A DNA stretch of 64,000 nt from contig CM052818.1 of assembly GCA_028534125.1 (NCBI GenBank), positions 45,386,001-45,450,000 on the forward strand. Reading direction: 5' to 3'. The translations under genes were made by a program, and so were the position numbers. The DNA comes from Lama glama. Lineage: Eukaryota. This document shows, in pieces, positions 12,869 through 25,979 of this stretch (within the stretch, counting starts at the first letter, position 1; every line of letters starts with the position of its first letter). Below the pieces are notes generated by a model. The model was not told the origin of the DNA, ran no database searches, and was given only the letters and a program-made list of their open reading frames with translations.

Positions 12869-13653
12869 TATAGTTGATGTACAACGCTGTGTTAGTTTCT
12901 AGTTTACAGCAGAGTAATTCAGATATATATAGATAGGTAGATAGATAGATAGATAGATAGATATTCAGTTATATATATATGTATGTATATATATATTCTT
13001 TTGCATATTCTTTCTTTTTCATTATAGGTTATTACAAGCTATTGAATATAGTTTCCTGTGCTACACAGTAGGACCTTGCTGTTTATCTATTCTGTATATA
13101 GTAGAGTGTATCCCAAACACCCAATTTATCCCTCCTTCCCCCTTTCACCTTTGGTAAGTATTAGTTTGTTTTCTATGTCTGTGAGTCTGTTTCTATTTTG
13201 TAAATAAGTTCATTTATGTCATATTTTTAGATTCCACATATAAGTGATATATGATATTTGTCTTTGTCTGACTTACTTCACTTAGTATGACCATCTCTAG
13301 GTCCATCCATGTTGCTGCAAATGGCATTATTTCATTCTTTTTTATGGCTTAGTAGTATTCCATTGTGCAGATATACCATAACTTCTTCATCCAGTCATCT
13401 GTCAGTGGACATTTAGTTTGTTTCCATGTCCTGGCCATTGTAAATAGTGCTGCTATGAACACTGGGGTGCATGTATCTTTCAGATTGGAGTTTTCTCCGC
13501 ATATATGCCCTGGAGTGAGATTGCTAGATCATACAGTAACTCTACTTGTAGTTTTTAAAGGAACTTCCATACTATTTTCCATAGTGGCTGCATCAAACTA
13601 CATTCCTAACAACAGTGTAGAAGGGGTCCCTTTTCTTCAACCCCTCTCCAGCA
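12869..13653 (-). mobile_element. Relatively young L1, 5'-truncated (ORF2 end + 3'UTR), with an internal (TAGA)n/(TA)n microsatellite
   Basis: Canonical antisense L1 text: tccatccatgttgctgcaaatggcattatttcattctttttt, gtaaatagtgctgctatgaac, ccatagtggctgcatcaa. Microsatellite at ~12921-12996. Confidence 0.92.
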
Positions 13654-13719
13654 TGAAAATGCCATTCTTAATTCAGGTTAACAGTGGCCTGTGCTGTTCA
13701 TGAGGAAGAATTACTCTGC

Positions 13720-14625
13720 TAATTTAACCATTTTTAAGAAAATAGTTCGGTGGTATTAAGTATATTCACGTTGTTGTGCAACCATCACCACCATCCATCT
13801 CCAGAATTTTTCACCACCCTAGACAGAAAGTCTGTCCCCCATTGATTGACCTGATAACCTCTATTCTGCTTTCCATTTCTATGAATTTACAATTCTAGGT
13901 ACCTCATATAAGGGGAATCAAACAATGTTTGTACAATATTTGTCCTTTTGTGTCTGGCTTATTTCACTAACCATAATGTTTTCAAGATTCATCTTTGTAG
14001 TAGTGGCATGTATTGAATTTTTATTCTTTTCTGTGGCTGAATAGTATTCCATTGAATGGATAGTTCACGTTTTTTTAATCCATTCATCTGTTGATGGACA
14101 CTGGGTTGCTTCCACATTTTGGCTGTTGTGATAATGCTGCTGTGAACCTTGGTGTACAAGCGTATTTTTGAGTCCCTGCTTTCCATCCCTTTCGGTATAT
14201 ACCTTGGAGTTGAATTGCTGAGTCATATGGTAATTCTATGTTTAACTTTTTGAGGAACTGCCAAACTATCTTTCACAGTGGCTGGACCATTTTACATTCT
14301 CACCAGCAATCATACCAGGGTTCCAATTTCTCCATCTCCTTACCAATGCTTATTACTTTCTGTTTTTATTTTCATTATTTAAAAAATTATCTATTTTTTA
14401 TAATAGACATCCTGGTGGGTGTGAAGTGGTATCTCCTTGTGGCTTTGATTTGCATCTCCCCACTGACTACTGATTTGGCCATCTCATCATGTGCCTGTTG
14501 GCCATATCACATTTTGAGAAATACCGATGTACGTCCTTTGCCCATTTTTAATTGGGTTGTTTGGCCTTTTTGTTGTTGAGTTGTAGGAGTTCTTTCTATA
14601 TACTGGCTATCAACCCCCTATTCTA
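13720..14625 (-). mobile_element. Older L1 (L1MA/MB-like) 3' end
   Basis: ttgtgcaaccatcaccaccatccatctccagaa, gggtgtgaagtggtatctccttgtggctttgatttgcat; ORF 13989-14186 resembles the L1 ORF2 C-terminus (TAKMWKQP). Confidence 0.88.
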
Positions 14626-15334
14626 TTTGATTTGTATCTGTCTGTGCACACACACCTGAGAGCAGAAGTTCACGGTGCACACATACCTGGGTTAACCAGG
14701 AGGGACATTCTTAGGCATTTCATATTCCAGGAAAGGGTGTCCAAGTTAAGCAGGTGTCTCAAGGGGCAGGACTAGGAACAGGTGGGAAGGAGAGAAAACA
14801 GAGATAAGAGGTGGGGACAGAGCTCCATCCAGGGTCTCTCACAGCTCTGGCCTCCCACGGCTGATCTCTACAATACAGTGTTTGGAAGGCTCTTCAGACA
14901 CAGGTAAGCCTTCAGGGCCTCACCTGGCGGGCACCCCACTCAGCACAGCTCCCTCAGTCCTGCTGAAGGTAACTGCATGTCCAGTAAAACCAGTACACCC
15001 CTGGGCTGTGTGGTCCAGATACCCTTCACTCCAGCCAAGGGAACGCTGCTCACAGGGTTTTTCTTGTTACCCCAGGCATTTCAGACTTGACTGGAAGAAG
15101 GAGAGGCATCCTTGTAAGCAGGAAGCCCACCTCTCACCCTGCAGCCTCTGGCGGCTCCAGGCAGGACCCCAGCCCCTGTTCTATGCCCACCTGCACGGGC
15201 TGAGGCTACGCCAGCTCTCATACTATAGGACAAAGGCTACTAATTCAAAGGGACCCATGATTCTCAGGATGGAGAGAGTCCCCTTGGGTGGAAAGTGTTG
15301 GCGGGATCTGGGTTTGGGCGGAGGAGGCAGGCAC

Positions 15335-15480
15335 GGAGGAGAAAGAGCCCTGGACTTGGAGTCAAATGTGAGCGCAGTGACCCGGGGCAGGTCACACAAC
15401 CTCGGGAGCCCGTTTCTTCACCTCCCAAAAGAGGGTGACGCGGGGTGAATGATCACATGTATAAATGCACTGTAAACCAC
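15335..15480 (+). mobile_element. MIR SINE
   Basis: gaaagagccctggacttggagtca...gggcaggtcacacaacctcgggagcccgtttcttcacct. Confidence 0.55.
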
Positions 15481-16389
15481 ATGAGCACAGGTCTATCTGG
15501 CTGATGCCGTGGGGTTGCCTCTCGAGCTCTGGCTCAGGCTCGCAGGTGATCCTCAGATGCTGAGCACCTGAGCTTTCATGCATTAATGTGCACGTGATGA
15601 ATCTGAATTCATTGTAACTGGCCAGACCATTTAGGAGGTTGTGAGGGTGAGTAACAGGCTTGATAACAAAGCCTGTCACTGGTGGGGCACCTAGAATATT
15701 CCAGACACTGTGCCAGTGCTTTTCCACTTGTGGAAACCCCAGGGGCAGATTCCGTCTTGCTTTGCAGAAGTGAGAGCCCAGAGACTGCTTGTCCAGGTTG
15801 TCACGTAGGGCCAGAGGTGGGACAGTGGCCCGGGCTGCGTGGGTTCCACACCTGCTCAACCGCACCCATCGCTGCCGGCTGTGGTGGTGACAGCTGACTG
15901 TCCCCTGCACTCCTTTAGTGAAATGGGATGCTCCCAGTTTGAGTTGGGTGCACATCCTAGCATGAGGTTGCATCCTGGAGCCCCGGGAGGGATGTGAGAA
16001 GAAGTCACATGTGTTGTTTCCATGTCACCAGACTGAAGGGAAGTGCCCCACCCCGCACCTCCTCTCTGTCTCTCTTCCCAAGATCAGGAGCGTGGACGGG
16101 CTGCTGACCCAGCTGTGACCACACACGCTGGGGGTGGCAGAGCCATAGGAGTGAGGGGATCTGGGCCCCTCGGTGACTTCTTGCAGCTCGGCCACCCCAT
16201 CAGCTCAGACAACTTCCTTACAGACTCCTCCAGGGGGGATATACAAGGCTCTCTCCTTGGGCCACTCTCTTCTCCAGGCTTCTCGCCACAGCGGTTTTGC
16301 CCCAAGCCTCACTAATGGGTGTAAATGCTAAGTCGACATCCTTGTAGCCTTGCCAATAAGGACCCTGCCAGGCCCACATCAGGCCAGCT

Positions 16390-17360
16390 CCAGGCTCCAT
16401 CTAGACATGTAAGGGTCAGAGTCTGCACAGCAGAATCTCATGACTGGGTGGTTAAAGCCATCTCTAGGCAGCTAAAGAGAAAGGTACCCCTTCCAGCAAA
16501 ATCTTCTACAACGTTGTGAGTTTCTTTGCTTGCCACAGTAAGTCCTGTCTTGGAATAGAAATGGACTGGATGTGGCTGGAAGCTTTTTCTGAACAAGTCC
16601 TCCTTTGCAGCACCACATTAAAAATTTGAAAACAAAAACATAACCAAACCAGACTCTGAGGAAGTCCCACCTCCTTCCATTCCCGAGGGAACATTCCAGA
16701 AGACCCTAGTCTGTCCTTGCTCCTGTCTTAGTCCAATCCTCATCAAGTGGTGCTGGCCACACCCTTGTGTTCTCTTCCAGCCACACTTCATTTTTCACCA
16801 AAGGCTGAGACTTTTCTAAATCTTTATGTTCTGGTTCCTTTTTGCTTAACAAATCTGTGTTCAAACCATTCGTCTTGTCTTGCACTTTTAACGTAAGCCG
16901 TCAGGAGGAGCCAGGCAGCTCCTTCAACGCTTTGCTTAGAGATCTCCTCAGCTAAACACCCGCTCCCATCGCTCACAAGTTCTACCTTCCGCAAAACACT
17001 AGACTGTGAACACAGTTCAGTCCAGGTCTTTGCCACTTTGCAGCAAGGACGGCCTTTTCTCCAGTTTCCAATAACATGTTCCTCATTTCCATGTGTGGCC
17101 TCATCAGACTGGCCTCTACTGTCCATGTTTCTACTCACGTTCTGCTCACGACTGCTCAGGAATTCCCTCAGATGGTAAGGACGTCCTCCCAGCGCTCCTC
17201 TCTTCTTTCCAAGTCCTCCCCAAAACCACCCTCAGCTTCCATATTTAGCTCGCACCTCGGAACTCTTGAAGCCTCTGCCCCATGACCCAGTTCCGAAACC
17301 ACTTCCACATTTTTAGGTATTTGTTGTAGCAGCATGCCACTTCTTGGTACCCCATTTTGG
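16390..17360 (-). mobile_element. MaLR internal region (MLT1-int) with decayed ORF
   Basis: The minus-strand ORF carries GNEEHVIGNWRKGRPCCKVAK..ELC and EEISKQSVEGAAWLLLTAY, characteristic of the MaLR ORF. The leader ggtaccaagaagtggcatgctgctacaacaaatacctaaaaatgtggaagtgg is present. Confidence 0.85.
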
Positions 17361-19291
17361 GGCCAGGATTCTCTGTCTTTCCTCTACAGCTTGACTGAAG
17401 TACGTGAACCCTGGTCAACCTGTTCGGGGATTGCCAAGGCGGAGTGAGGGAGGGCAGCCACGGCCCCACCTGCCCAGGACCGGCTCTTCTCGCCTTGCCC
17501 TGCCCATCACGCTCATGCATGAGGCTCCCCTCTCGTGAACACACACAGCCCCCACCCCACCTGCCCACATCACCTCCTTCCCACCTGCTCAGCCCTTCCT
17601 GCACCTCCCTGTACCCATCCCCTCCGGGGGTAGGAATTTTGTCTGTGATGCTTGGTGGATCTCTATGGATACAGTTTCATCATTCAGGGAAGCAATGAGT
17701 GTGGATATTAAATAATAGTTATGGAAAAAGAGAACAAAACCCACGCCAGTATTATTACACAAGGCGTGATGCATTCGACGAAGAGGGTGGACTTACCCAT
17801 CTGAGTCACAGCCGATCTACTTGTCAGATTCCTCAAATTGTGCAAACATCCCAGTTCCTCATCTAATGGGTGCTTGCCACCCAGTCAGGCTCCAAGGATT
17901 AGGGCCCTCCGTGTCACCACTTGGATTTGAGCTTTTCCAGGCGTGAACACCTCAGCGCCCCCAGGATCTGGGAGGAGGCAGTGAGCCACACGTCAGAGGG
18001 AAGACACAAGCCCAACGGGATGGAGCCAGGTCCTGGGCCGGAATGTGGGGCTCAGCGCAGCCCGAGGGGAGGATGGGGCCTCTCGAGCTGCCAGGAGCGA
18101 ATGCCAGCTCGGGCCCTCTGCTCAGCCCTGCAGGACGGGGCTGGGCCAGCCCCAAGCCACTAAGCGTAGGTGCCAGGACCCTGTTCTCCCAAAGCTGCTG
18201 CTCGGCCCCGCTAATTGCCCCCGTCTAATTGCTGGTGAGTCAGACACACAGTGCCCCTTAGACCAACACCGTAATTTACCGTCACCTCGGCTGTGGTGGA
18301 GCTCAGCCTCTCAGCACAAAAGAACTTCGGGTGAATCGTAACCGCATCTGATACCATCTGTTTGAATAACTTTCCTGTCATTATGCCGGGTGAACTGCTC
18401 ACCACAATGGGAAATCTGGATCTGGAGAACACTGAACAGAGCCATGTCCTCCAGTTTCCCTCAGGCTGGCTCTCAGCAGAGAAAGCTCTGAATGCCAGCA
18501 TCCCACGGCCAGACTGGCTGCATCTTCGTGACTGCGAGCAGCTGGCTGGGTGGGGAAGGCCGAGGGGCCCGCCTGCTCGTTCCTGCCGAGGGGAAGCTCC
18601 AGCCTGCCAGCCTCACATCGAGGGGCTCAGGTTCTCCGCCTCTTGCCCTGAGCATGGAGGAGCTCACTCGCCCGAGGGGACCCAGCCCCCGGCTGGACGT
18701 GGGGACTTCAGCACCTGCCCCTGCCCTGAACATCCCTCGCCTCACTTCCCTGCCTCTCTGGTCTCTTGGTCACCCGTCACCTGGCCGTGGATTTTGGCCC
18801 CTTTGTTCTCCCTCTCGCTCTCCCTGGAGAACTTCACACGTCAGGCCGCCTGAAGCGCAGGATTGAGCTGCTGCCCTGCGCCCCGGTGGGCCTGTGCCAG
18901 GAGGACCGGGATGAGGAGGAAGAGGCCGGCGTGCAGATGAGGAGACCGAGGCTCAGAGGGTGGACGACCGGCCCGAGACGGTCCTGGGCCCCAGGCCTGG
19001 AGGAGGGGCACCCACCTGGCTCGTCCCTGACACCCTCACACATCTGGGAGTGCAAATCCAGGAGGGCTCCAGCACGCACGTCTCCCCACACTGACCCCCC
19101 TACCCTAGAGATGTAGGGCAGACAGGGTTTCCACCTTTGCACAGATCTTGGTCCTTATCCCAGCTGCCTTGATGCCTCCAGAGGAATTTGCTATTTGAAG
19201 GCATCTATGATTAATCTCTTCATAAAGCAAAGAATCATTCCATTTTTCTGTTGAGAATATCTAAATTTTCATAAATAGGGATTGTCTAAAG

Positions 19292-19490
19292 CAAAGTTGC
19301 CAGTAAAAAAATAAACAGATAAATAAAAAGAAAGAAAAGGAAAAAAAAAGAAATGAAAAGAAAAAGCCCAGGATGCCTAGTTAAATCTGAATTTCAGATA
19401 AACAAGTAATTTTTTAATACAAGTATATCCCAGCTCCTGCGTGGGACACACTGATACTCACTTGTGACTGGGGGTCCTGTAGTTCACCTG
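19292..19490. mobile_element. MER53 MITE, partly deleted, with an A-rich expansion
   Basis: gttgccag...caggatgcctagttaaatctgaatttcagataaacaa...tcccagctcctgcgtgggaca...actgggggtcctgta. Confidence 0.7.
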
Positions 19491-19491
19491 C

Positions 19492-19936
19492 TGTTATGAA
19501 TTGTGTCCCGCGAAATCCACACGTTGAAGTCGTAACCTCCAGTACCTATGAGTGTGACCTTATTTGGAAATAGGGTCATTCAGATGATCGAGCTAAAATG
19601 AGGTCCTTAGGGCGGGCCCTAATCCAAGATGCTTGTGTCGCTACAAAGAGGGGAAAGTTGGACACAGACACAGACATAGGAGAAGGCCATGTGAAGATGA
19701 TGGCAGGATTCCAGGGATGTGTCTACCAGCCACGCAACGCCAGAGACACCCAGCAAACCACCGGTGGCTGGGGGAGAGGCCGGGACAGATTCTCCTGTGT
19801 GGCCTCAGAAGGAATCAGCCTTGCTGACACCTTGATCTTGGACTTCCAGCCGCCAGACCTGAGAGATGATGGACTTCTGTTGTTGAAGGTGTTCAGTTTG
19901 TGGTGCTTTGTTATGGCAGCCCTAGCAAACCAAACA
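19492..19936 (+). mobile_element. MaLR solo LTR (MLT1B/C/D-like)
   Basis: tgttatgaattgtgtcccgc...gtgaccttatttggaaatagggtc...gctgacaccttgatcttggacttccagcc...gcagccctagcaaaccaaaca. Confidence 0.88.
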
Positions 19937-21419
19937 GCCGGCATAGAGTCACTTGGTCTGAAAGAGGGGGGCTTGAGGGCCCAGAGGGAGGATCTGGCCC
20001 GGGGCACTGGCAGGGATGCGCTGCAGGCTCAGGGGCCATTTGCTGTCTTCAGCGTGGTCCTCAGGGGTAGCAGACAGAAAGGCGGTGCGTGGCTGATTGA
20101 GGCTTGCCTTATAAGCCAGACCAGAAGGGAGGGTCCTCGGGGAAGAGGGAAACTGAACCCCTTGGATAAGGGCTCGGGCAAGGCTGCGTGTGCATACAAG
20201 GCGAGCCTCGAGTGGCCCAGTGTGCAGACCTCTGCTGCCTCTGGTTTGCTGGTGGGGCGTGGTGGCAGCCCCCGCGGACCGCTGCAGCCCCGCTGTTTGG
20301 GGAAGGATATGTGCAACGCCTCTTTCACGGCCTGGAGAAATCAGTGATGCCACAGTATTGCTTCCTGATTGTGCAGGCAGGGCTTCCTTCCCGTGAGCAG
20401 TGCCCCCGGAACAGCAGCCCCCTCCCTGGAAAAACGCTGCCGACACGTGTATCCTGGACAGCTGGCGTTCAGAGTATTTCCTCTCAATTGTTTGAAGAAA
20501 CTCTTGGGGGTAAACATGGAAAAAGCTGGCCTGTGCGGGCAGCCCGCCTGAGCCTGGAGGTGTGGCCTGCCCTGGGGAATGTGGCCAAAATGTTGAGGGC
20601 CTCCCACCTGCACAGGGCCTTTTTTTCCAGATGACCTGTAGAGCTATGGGGCTTGACAGGACAAGGGCAGCATCATTTCTTGGGGGATCAGGGGCTCCCC
20701 ACTGCCTGCAGCAATGTGGGGGTCTGGAAACTGAGCAGGGGGCACCCTGCTGGTCCACCGCCCCAGTGGAGCTGCCACCCGGGCTGGCACCCTGGTTCCC
20801 CCTGGGGCTGAGGAAAGCATGCTATTGCTAAAGGTACTGGCAGACCGGTGGCCCTGGGGCAGCTCCCCCATGGCCTGCTGTCACTTCTGGGGCTGAGGTC
20901 CAGCTCTGCCCACTCACTAAGCATCGTCCCGTGCCCTGAGGACAGCACAACTCTGTGCACACCTGGCAGAGTCCCATCTCAGTGGTCCCCAAGCCCCTCC
21001 ACCTGCCGTGGAACCTGCACTCCATTCAGGTTTTCATTTCATTTCATTATTCCTGGGTAGAGACTGTGAGCCGGTTTAAGTTCAAGCTACTGAAGGACCG
21101 TCTAAGTCAAAGAAATGAAAACTGCCTCGGAAGGTAATGACTGTGGGTCCACGGGTCTATTCAGACAGAAGAGGGGCAGCCGTGGGAGGAGGGCCACCAA
21201 CGTCACCTCAGGGCCTGGAGTGGGGACAGATGGTCCTCCAGGCCTTCCAGCCTGGGCTTCTCAGAAGCCGTGTGACTAAGCGGAGCACACAGGCCAGGGG
21301 CCGTGCATACACACTGGGCGCAGCGTAGGGGAGCCTGTGGCCCGGACGCTCCCCCGGCCACTGCCCTCCAAACCCCAGCCCTGCCTTTACGCTTGTTGCA
21401 GGGCAGGACCCGCCATCCC

Positions 21420-21684
21420 CGACACCGCTTGCCCAACAGAAATCCCACCTGTTAGCACCTGCCCTTCCGGAATAAAGACTGTGCTTCTCAGCCTCCCTGG
21501 GACCAGGTGTGACCGCGTCACTAGGTTCTGGCCCAGGGGATATAACAGAAGTGACAAGCACCACTTCTGGGAGCCGATGCTTCTTAAGAGGGGAACGTCT
21601 CTTACAATCTCCTGCCCCTTCTCGACGGCTGGAATTTCAGGGCAATGGCCACGTTCCAGCTGCCATCTTGGGCCATGAGGATGA

Positions 21685-21725
<41 letters not shown>

Positions 21726-21900
21726 CCATATGAGGCAATGAACGTTGGGAGGAGCCCAGATCCTGGTGATTTTGTGGAGCTCCTGTACCAGCACCAAGAA
21801 GACTATGGGCTGAACTTCTGGGACAGGAGAAGATGAAGCTTTGGATGTTTGCCTCACAATGCCAAATCAGATGGCTAACGTACCCAAGTGACAGTGATAC
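21420..21900 (+). mobile_element. Old MaLR LTR (MLT1I/J/K-like)
   Basis: gtgaccgcgtcactaggttctggcccagggga...gcagctgccatcttgggccatgagg pattern. Confidence 0.55.
21686..21723. repeat. (CA)n microsatellite, ~19 units
   Basis: Perfect AC run. Confidence 0.97.
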
Positions 21901-23654
21901 CCATGACTTTACATTTCCTGGAAGGGAGAGACCAGGGTTTATGTTTCTTTGTATTCTTTTCAGCACCTAACACATAGTAAGTGTTTTCATTTGATTTGAT
22001 CCAACCTTTTAAGTCCTGTTACCCAGGGAGTAACAAAATCTATACAGTGACTTCCTACTGGGTCCAATAATGCTTCTCTGTTTTCATTCTAAAAACTACC
22101 TGTTTTAAGTTCCAGACAGGCCTATATGAGGGATGCCACGCTCACTTCTGACCCAGTGTGTGTTGATCACAGGTCTGGATTACATCACGTCTCAGATCCA
22201 ATCTTTCCAGATGGGAAGTTCCCGCCAGTGGCTGCTGAATGAAGCCTTTGGCCCAGGCCATGTGTGGGTCAGCATCCTGGAGCGGAAGGGCCTCCAGGAA
22301 GGAAGGGCTGGGGTCAGTGGTCCGAGGCTGGGCAGCCCCTGGAGGGTCGAGCAGGCCTTCCGGTGCGGGGCCTGTGGTGTCCTGTGGACGGGAGCCACCC
22401 CAGCAGAAGGGGGGACAGGCCGGGCTGTCCGTGCTGGGGACTAGCTGGAGCCGGGGCGCCCTGTCAGCCAGAAACCAGCCTTGTTGAGGAAATGAATCGT
22501 GTAGGAGTGAGAGAGGACAGAGCGTCGGGGCCACGAGGCCAACTTCCTTTGGGTGGAAAAGAAGCAGCCCTTTCTCTGACAGTGACAGTGTCCTCCTGGC
22601 TTGGGGCAGGGAGCTAGGAGGATCCTTCACGTTTCCCTCTGCACACATTTGTATTGTCTCTAGTTCTTCACAGCCTCTTTGTCTACTTCTGTCATTGAAA
22701 AGGAAACATTTTAAATAGATTCTTAAGATAGAAACTGTTAGCAGTTAAAGCTAAAACCCCAGGAATGTCTCTCCACAGCCTTCTCTGGGAATGAGACTAG
22801 TTTCCAGCTGTGGGGTCAGCCGACAAGGGGCACTGGTGAGAAAAGCGGTGGGAATTCCAGTGGCTACAGGAACTTGGCTTTGAGGGGACATGTGGGGATG
22901 GAAGCCAGCAGGTTCTGACTGGAGGGGCATCGACGTCCCTGTCCTCTGGGCACCAGGCGGGTTCTGGGTCCCAACACCCTCCCCTGTCATCTGTCCCTTG
23001 ACCAGGGATGACCAGCCTCACATTCAATTTTGTCTCTAATCTTTTTCTTCCTGTGACATAAAGAGCCAGGCAGCAGCAGCAGCGAGCGTGTGGCTGGGAT
23101 TGAGTGAAGGCAGGGGTTCATGGCCATTAAGTAGAGGGAAGGGCCACGTGGCCGTCCACATGGAAAGATTCCACAGGATCTCTTTCTTTCTCTCCCCGCT
23201 CAGTTTATTCCTGTAGCCACTAAGCGGGGCTCCCTTCAGAAAAGGCTAACGGCGGCAGAGCTCTGGGATGCACTGCATGGCAAGACACCCAGGTTAGGGG
23301 GTAGGGGAGACATGCCCTCACCATGGGCGGTGCCTGGGCCCCTCACCCACTGTGGGCTTCGCTCCTTTAAGAGCTGGATACCTTGGGGGACTCTGCACGT
23401 GGTATCCATCCGCTGCTCACCCCAGAAAGCCAGTGTCTACCCATTTTGTACATTAAGAAATTGAGGCTGACCAAGGTCCCACAGCCCCTGAGGGGCCCTG
23501 CTGGGGTTTGAATGGGGGCCTCTCCATCTTCAGAGTTGACCTGGACTTGCTCCAGGCTGGGGCAGTCCCGACAGCCCGCTGGGCAGGCAGACGCAGAAAA
23601 CACCTCCTGAAGTGACCTGAGGGTGCGGGGTACTTAGGACAGTATATCGTGGTT

Positions 23655-24075
23655 CATTCATTTTGCATTTACTTATCAGACACCTGCTGTGCACATGGCC
23701 TGGTGTGGCTCATAGGGGTACCAAGGACACACAAGGCCAAGTCTTCTTTCAGGAGCTGGCCGGGAGGCTGGGAAGCAGGGTGGGGACAGCCCGGCATGCA
23801 GACTGTCAGTGCTGAGGGACCCAGGAGAGAGACAAATCTCTCCTGGAAATAAAAGTGTCATGCAGGAGTGCTTACTGAATGCAGCTAGGTTGAGCTGAGC
23901 TCCAAGCATGAGCAGGGCTTGAGTTGGCGAGAACAAAGGAAGAACATTCCAGCAGGGAGAAACAGGTTGAGCAGTGGGTCAGAGGCAGACATGTGGAAGG
24001 CATGCTGGGCGGCAAGAGATCAGCCTGGCTGCAACAGCCAAGGTCGTGGTGGGGTCTGGAGGGAGGTAAGTTTGG
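23655..24075 (-). mobile_element. L2 fragments
   Basis: ttcattcattttgcatttacttatcagacacctgctgtgc (antisense L2 3' end), gaagaacattccagcagggagaaacag. Confidence 0.55.
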
Positions 24076-24089
24076 ATGGTACAGTTCTG

Positions 24090-24170
24090 GCACATGGTAC
24101 AACGTGGAGTGGATGAACTTTGAAGACATTATGCTAAGTGAAATAGACAGGTAATAATAAAGGACAAACA
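24090..24170 (+). mobile_element. Short L1 fragment
   Basis: tggatgaactttgaagacattatgctaagtgaaata (WMNFEDIMLSEI, L1 ORF2 C-terminus). Confidence 0.75.
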
Positions 24171-24440
24171 AACAAACAAGGGCCTCGTCTACTCCGTCTC
24201 AATCATACTTCTTTTCTAAATCCACTAATTGCACAAAGATTTTTTTTTTTTGGTTATTAAAATCTGACTAATAACTTCCCATCTTCTCTATCTGTTGTTT
24301 TTGCAAACTAACCAGAGGCTTTAATTATATCTTTAATAAATGTGTTCAAAATCCACCAAGACTCTATTGGAAATTTTTGAAACAGGGGATTATGTTCCCA
24401 AGTGTTTTTGCTATTGTTCCCAAGTATTTAAAGTGTGCAG

Positions 24441-24550
24441 CATGGGGCAGGTGAGTACAGTTTGGTGGTACAGTGTGCTTAGCATGCACGAGGTCCTCGG
24501 TTCAATCACCAGGACCTCTTTAAAAAATTAATTTTAATTAAAATTAAATT
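24441..24550 (+). mobile_element. tRNA-Ala-derived SINE (camelid Vic-1-like), diverged copy
   Basis: tgtgcttagcatgcacgaggtcctcggttcaatcaccaggacctc plus AT-rich tail; TSD tttaaagtgt(g/c)cag at 24427-24440 and 24551-24564. Confidence 0.85.
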
Positions 24551-25647
24551 TTTAAAGTGTCCAGATATGGCAAGTTTTTTTTAATTGACACCTTGATTAC
24601 CATTTGTCCCCCTCAAAAATCACATTACAATAGGAAAATTTTCAGACGTATTTTTCAATGCTCAATTGTACAAGATAAAGCAAGTACATTCTTAGAGTTA
24701 TCAGAATGTCACTTTTTTTCTGAAGGGACAGACTGTGGGCACGTGCACGGGTGTCTGTGGTTTAAGTGAAGGCCCGGTGATGGTCATGTGATCAGAGAAA
24801 GGCTCCCTACATTTGGAACATTGGTTTTTTTGTTTGTTCTCAGTTCAGTAGAGCTTTCAAGTCTTTTGTCACAAGATCACCTTTGGAGCTCTGTGGAACA
24901 GAAGATTTTCTTCACTCCTACCTCATTGCAAAGTAATGAAAAGATCCTACTATATTTAAAAATCTTGTTTTTGTAAAATTAACACTTCTGATGGAATTGG
25001 TCTTCGGTGTCATCCTCTTTACCCTCCTTAGCGATGAAGGCAATGCGTTCCCTGCTGTCTTTGTAAATTGATTCTAAATTCTTTCTTTCTTTTCTTCTTT
25101 TTTTTTTTTTTTGGTTCCAATAAAAATGCAGCCCCAGTTGCTTACAGAGTCTTTCAACAACACATTGTTTTAAAGAGGTCATTTACAGTTGAGAAAATAC
25201 CTTCTCGGGTAGTCCTTCCTTTAGTGGCTCATTAAAAAAAATAGTAGTTCTTTGTGCATCTCGTTCTTGAATCATAATCTTTTCCAGATACAGTGACAAT
25301 ATCTGTAGTTTTCTCCAGTTGTGTATCGCAAACTTCCCACTGAATAATTCGTTCTACTGATTGTCTGTTCACATTTCACTCATGTCTCCTAGGCATTTTC
25401 CAACAGTATTTGCTGACAAGGGAATGTATTTTGCTTCGTTACCATCTTGTATTCCATCATTTAATCCATTTAAGCGTTTGCACACTGGTCATGCCTCTTA
25501 GACTTTTCCTACTAAAATAAAACTCGAAACTTCTTCTAGACATTTTTCATTAGTTTGTGAAGAACTAGATCGAGTAAAGAAAAGTTTGTAGAGAAGAGTA
25601 TTGAGGTGTGTCTTGGGCTCTGGGTACTGAGTTTTTAAATGTGTTGT

Positions 25648-25783
25648 GGGCAGGGGTGGGAATAGCTCAGTGGTAGAGCACATGCTTAGCATGCAAGAGA
25701 GCCTGGGTTCAATCCCCAGCACCTCCATTTAACACAAACAAACCTAATCCCCCTCCAAAGTAATAATAATTTTAAAAATAAAA
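25648..25783 (+). mobile_element. tRNA-Ala-derived SINE (camelid Vic-1-like)
   Basis: A box tagctcagtggtagagc, B box ggttcaatccc, A-rich tail; TSD taaatgtg(t/c)tg at ~25636-25646 and 25784-25794. Confidence 0.9.
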
Positions 25784-25979
25784 TAAATGTGCTGCCAACT
25801 GAACAGACATCACACAATACAGCACAGAAACATGAACTGCAAGGGAGGCTTCTTGTTAGCCCACACAATTGGTATAAATCCAAATGGTCTTGATCATTGT
25901 TAAAGAAAGGCTGACTTCTTGTCATAGATCACTAGACCTGCGTCGTTTTTATTGGCTGTTTGTCAGCTCTGAACTCTAT

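Noticed and set aside
19598..20758. Overlapping 249-aa (+) and 269-aa (-) ORFs
   Set aside because: The plus ORF begins in an MLT1 LTR and neither resembles a protein family.
25653..25728. Apparent tRNA-Ala gene
   Set aside because: It is followed by an A-rich tail and flanked by a TSD, so it is a SINE rather than a tRNA gene.
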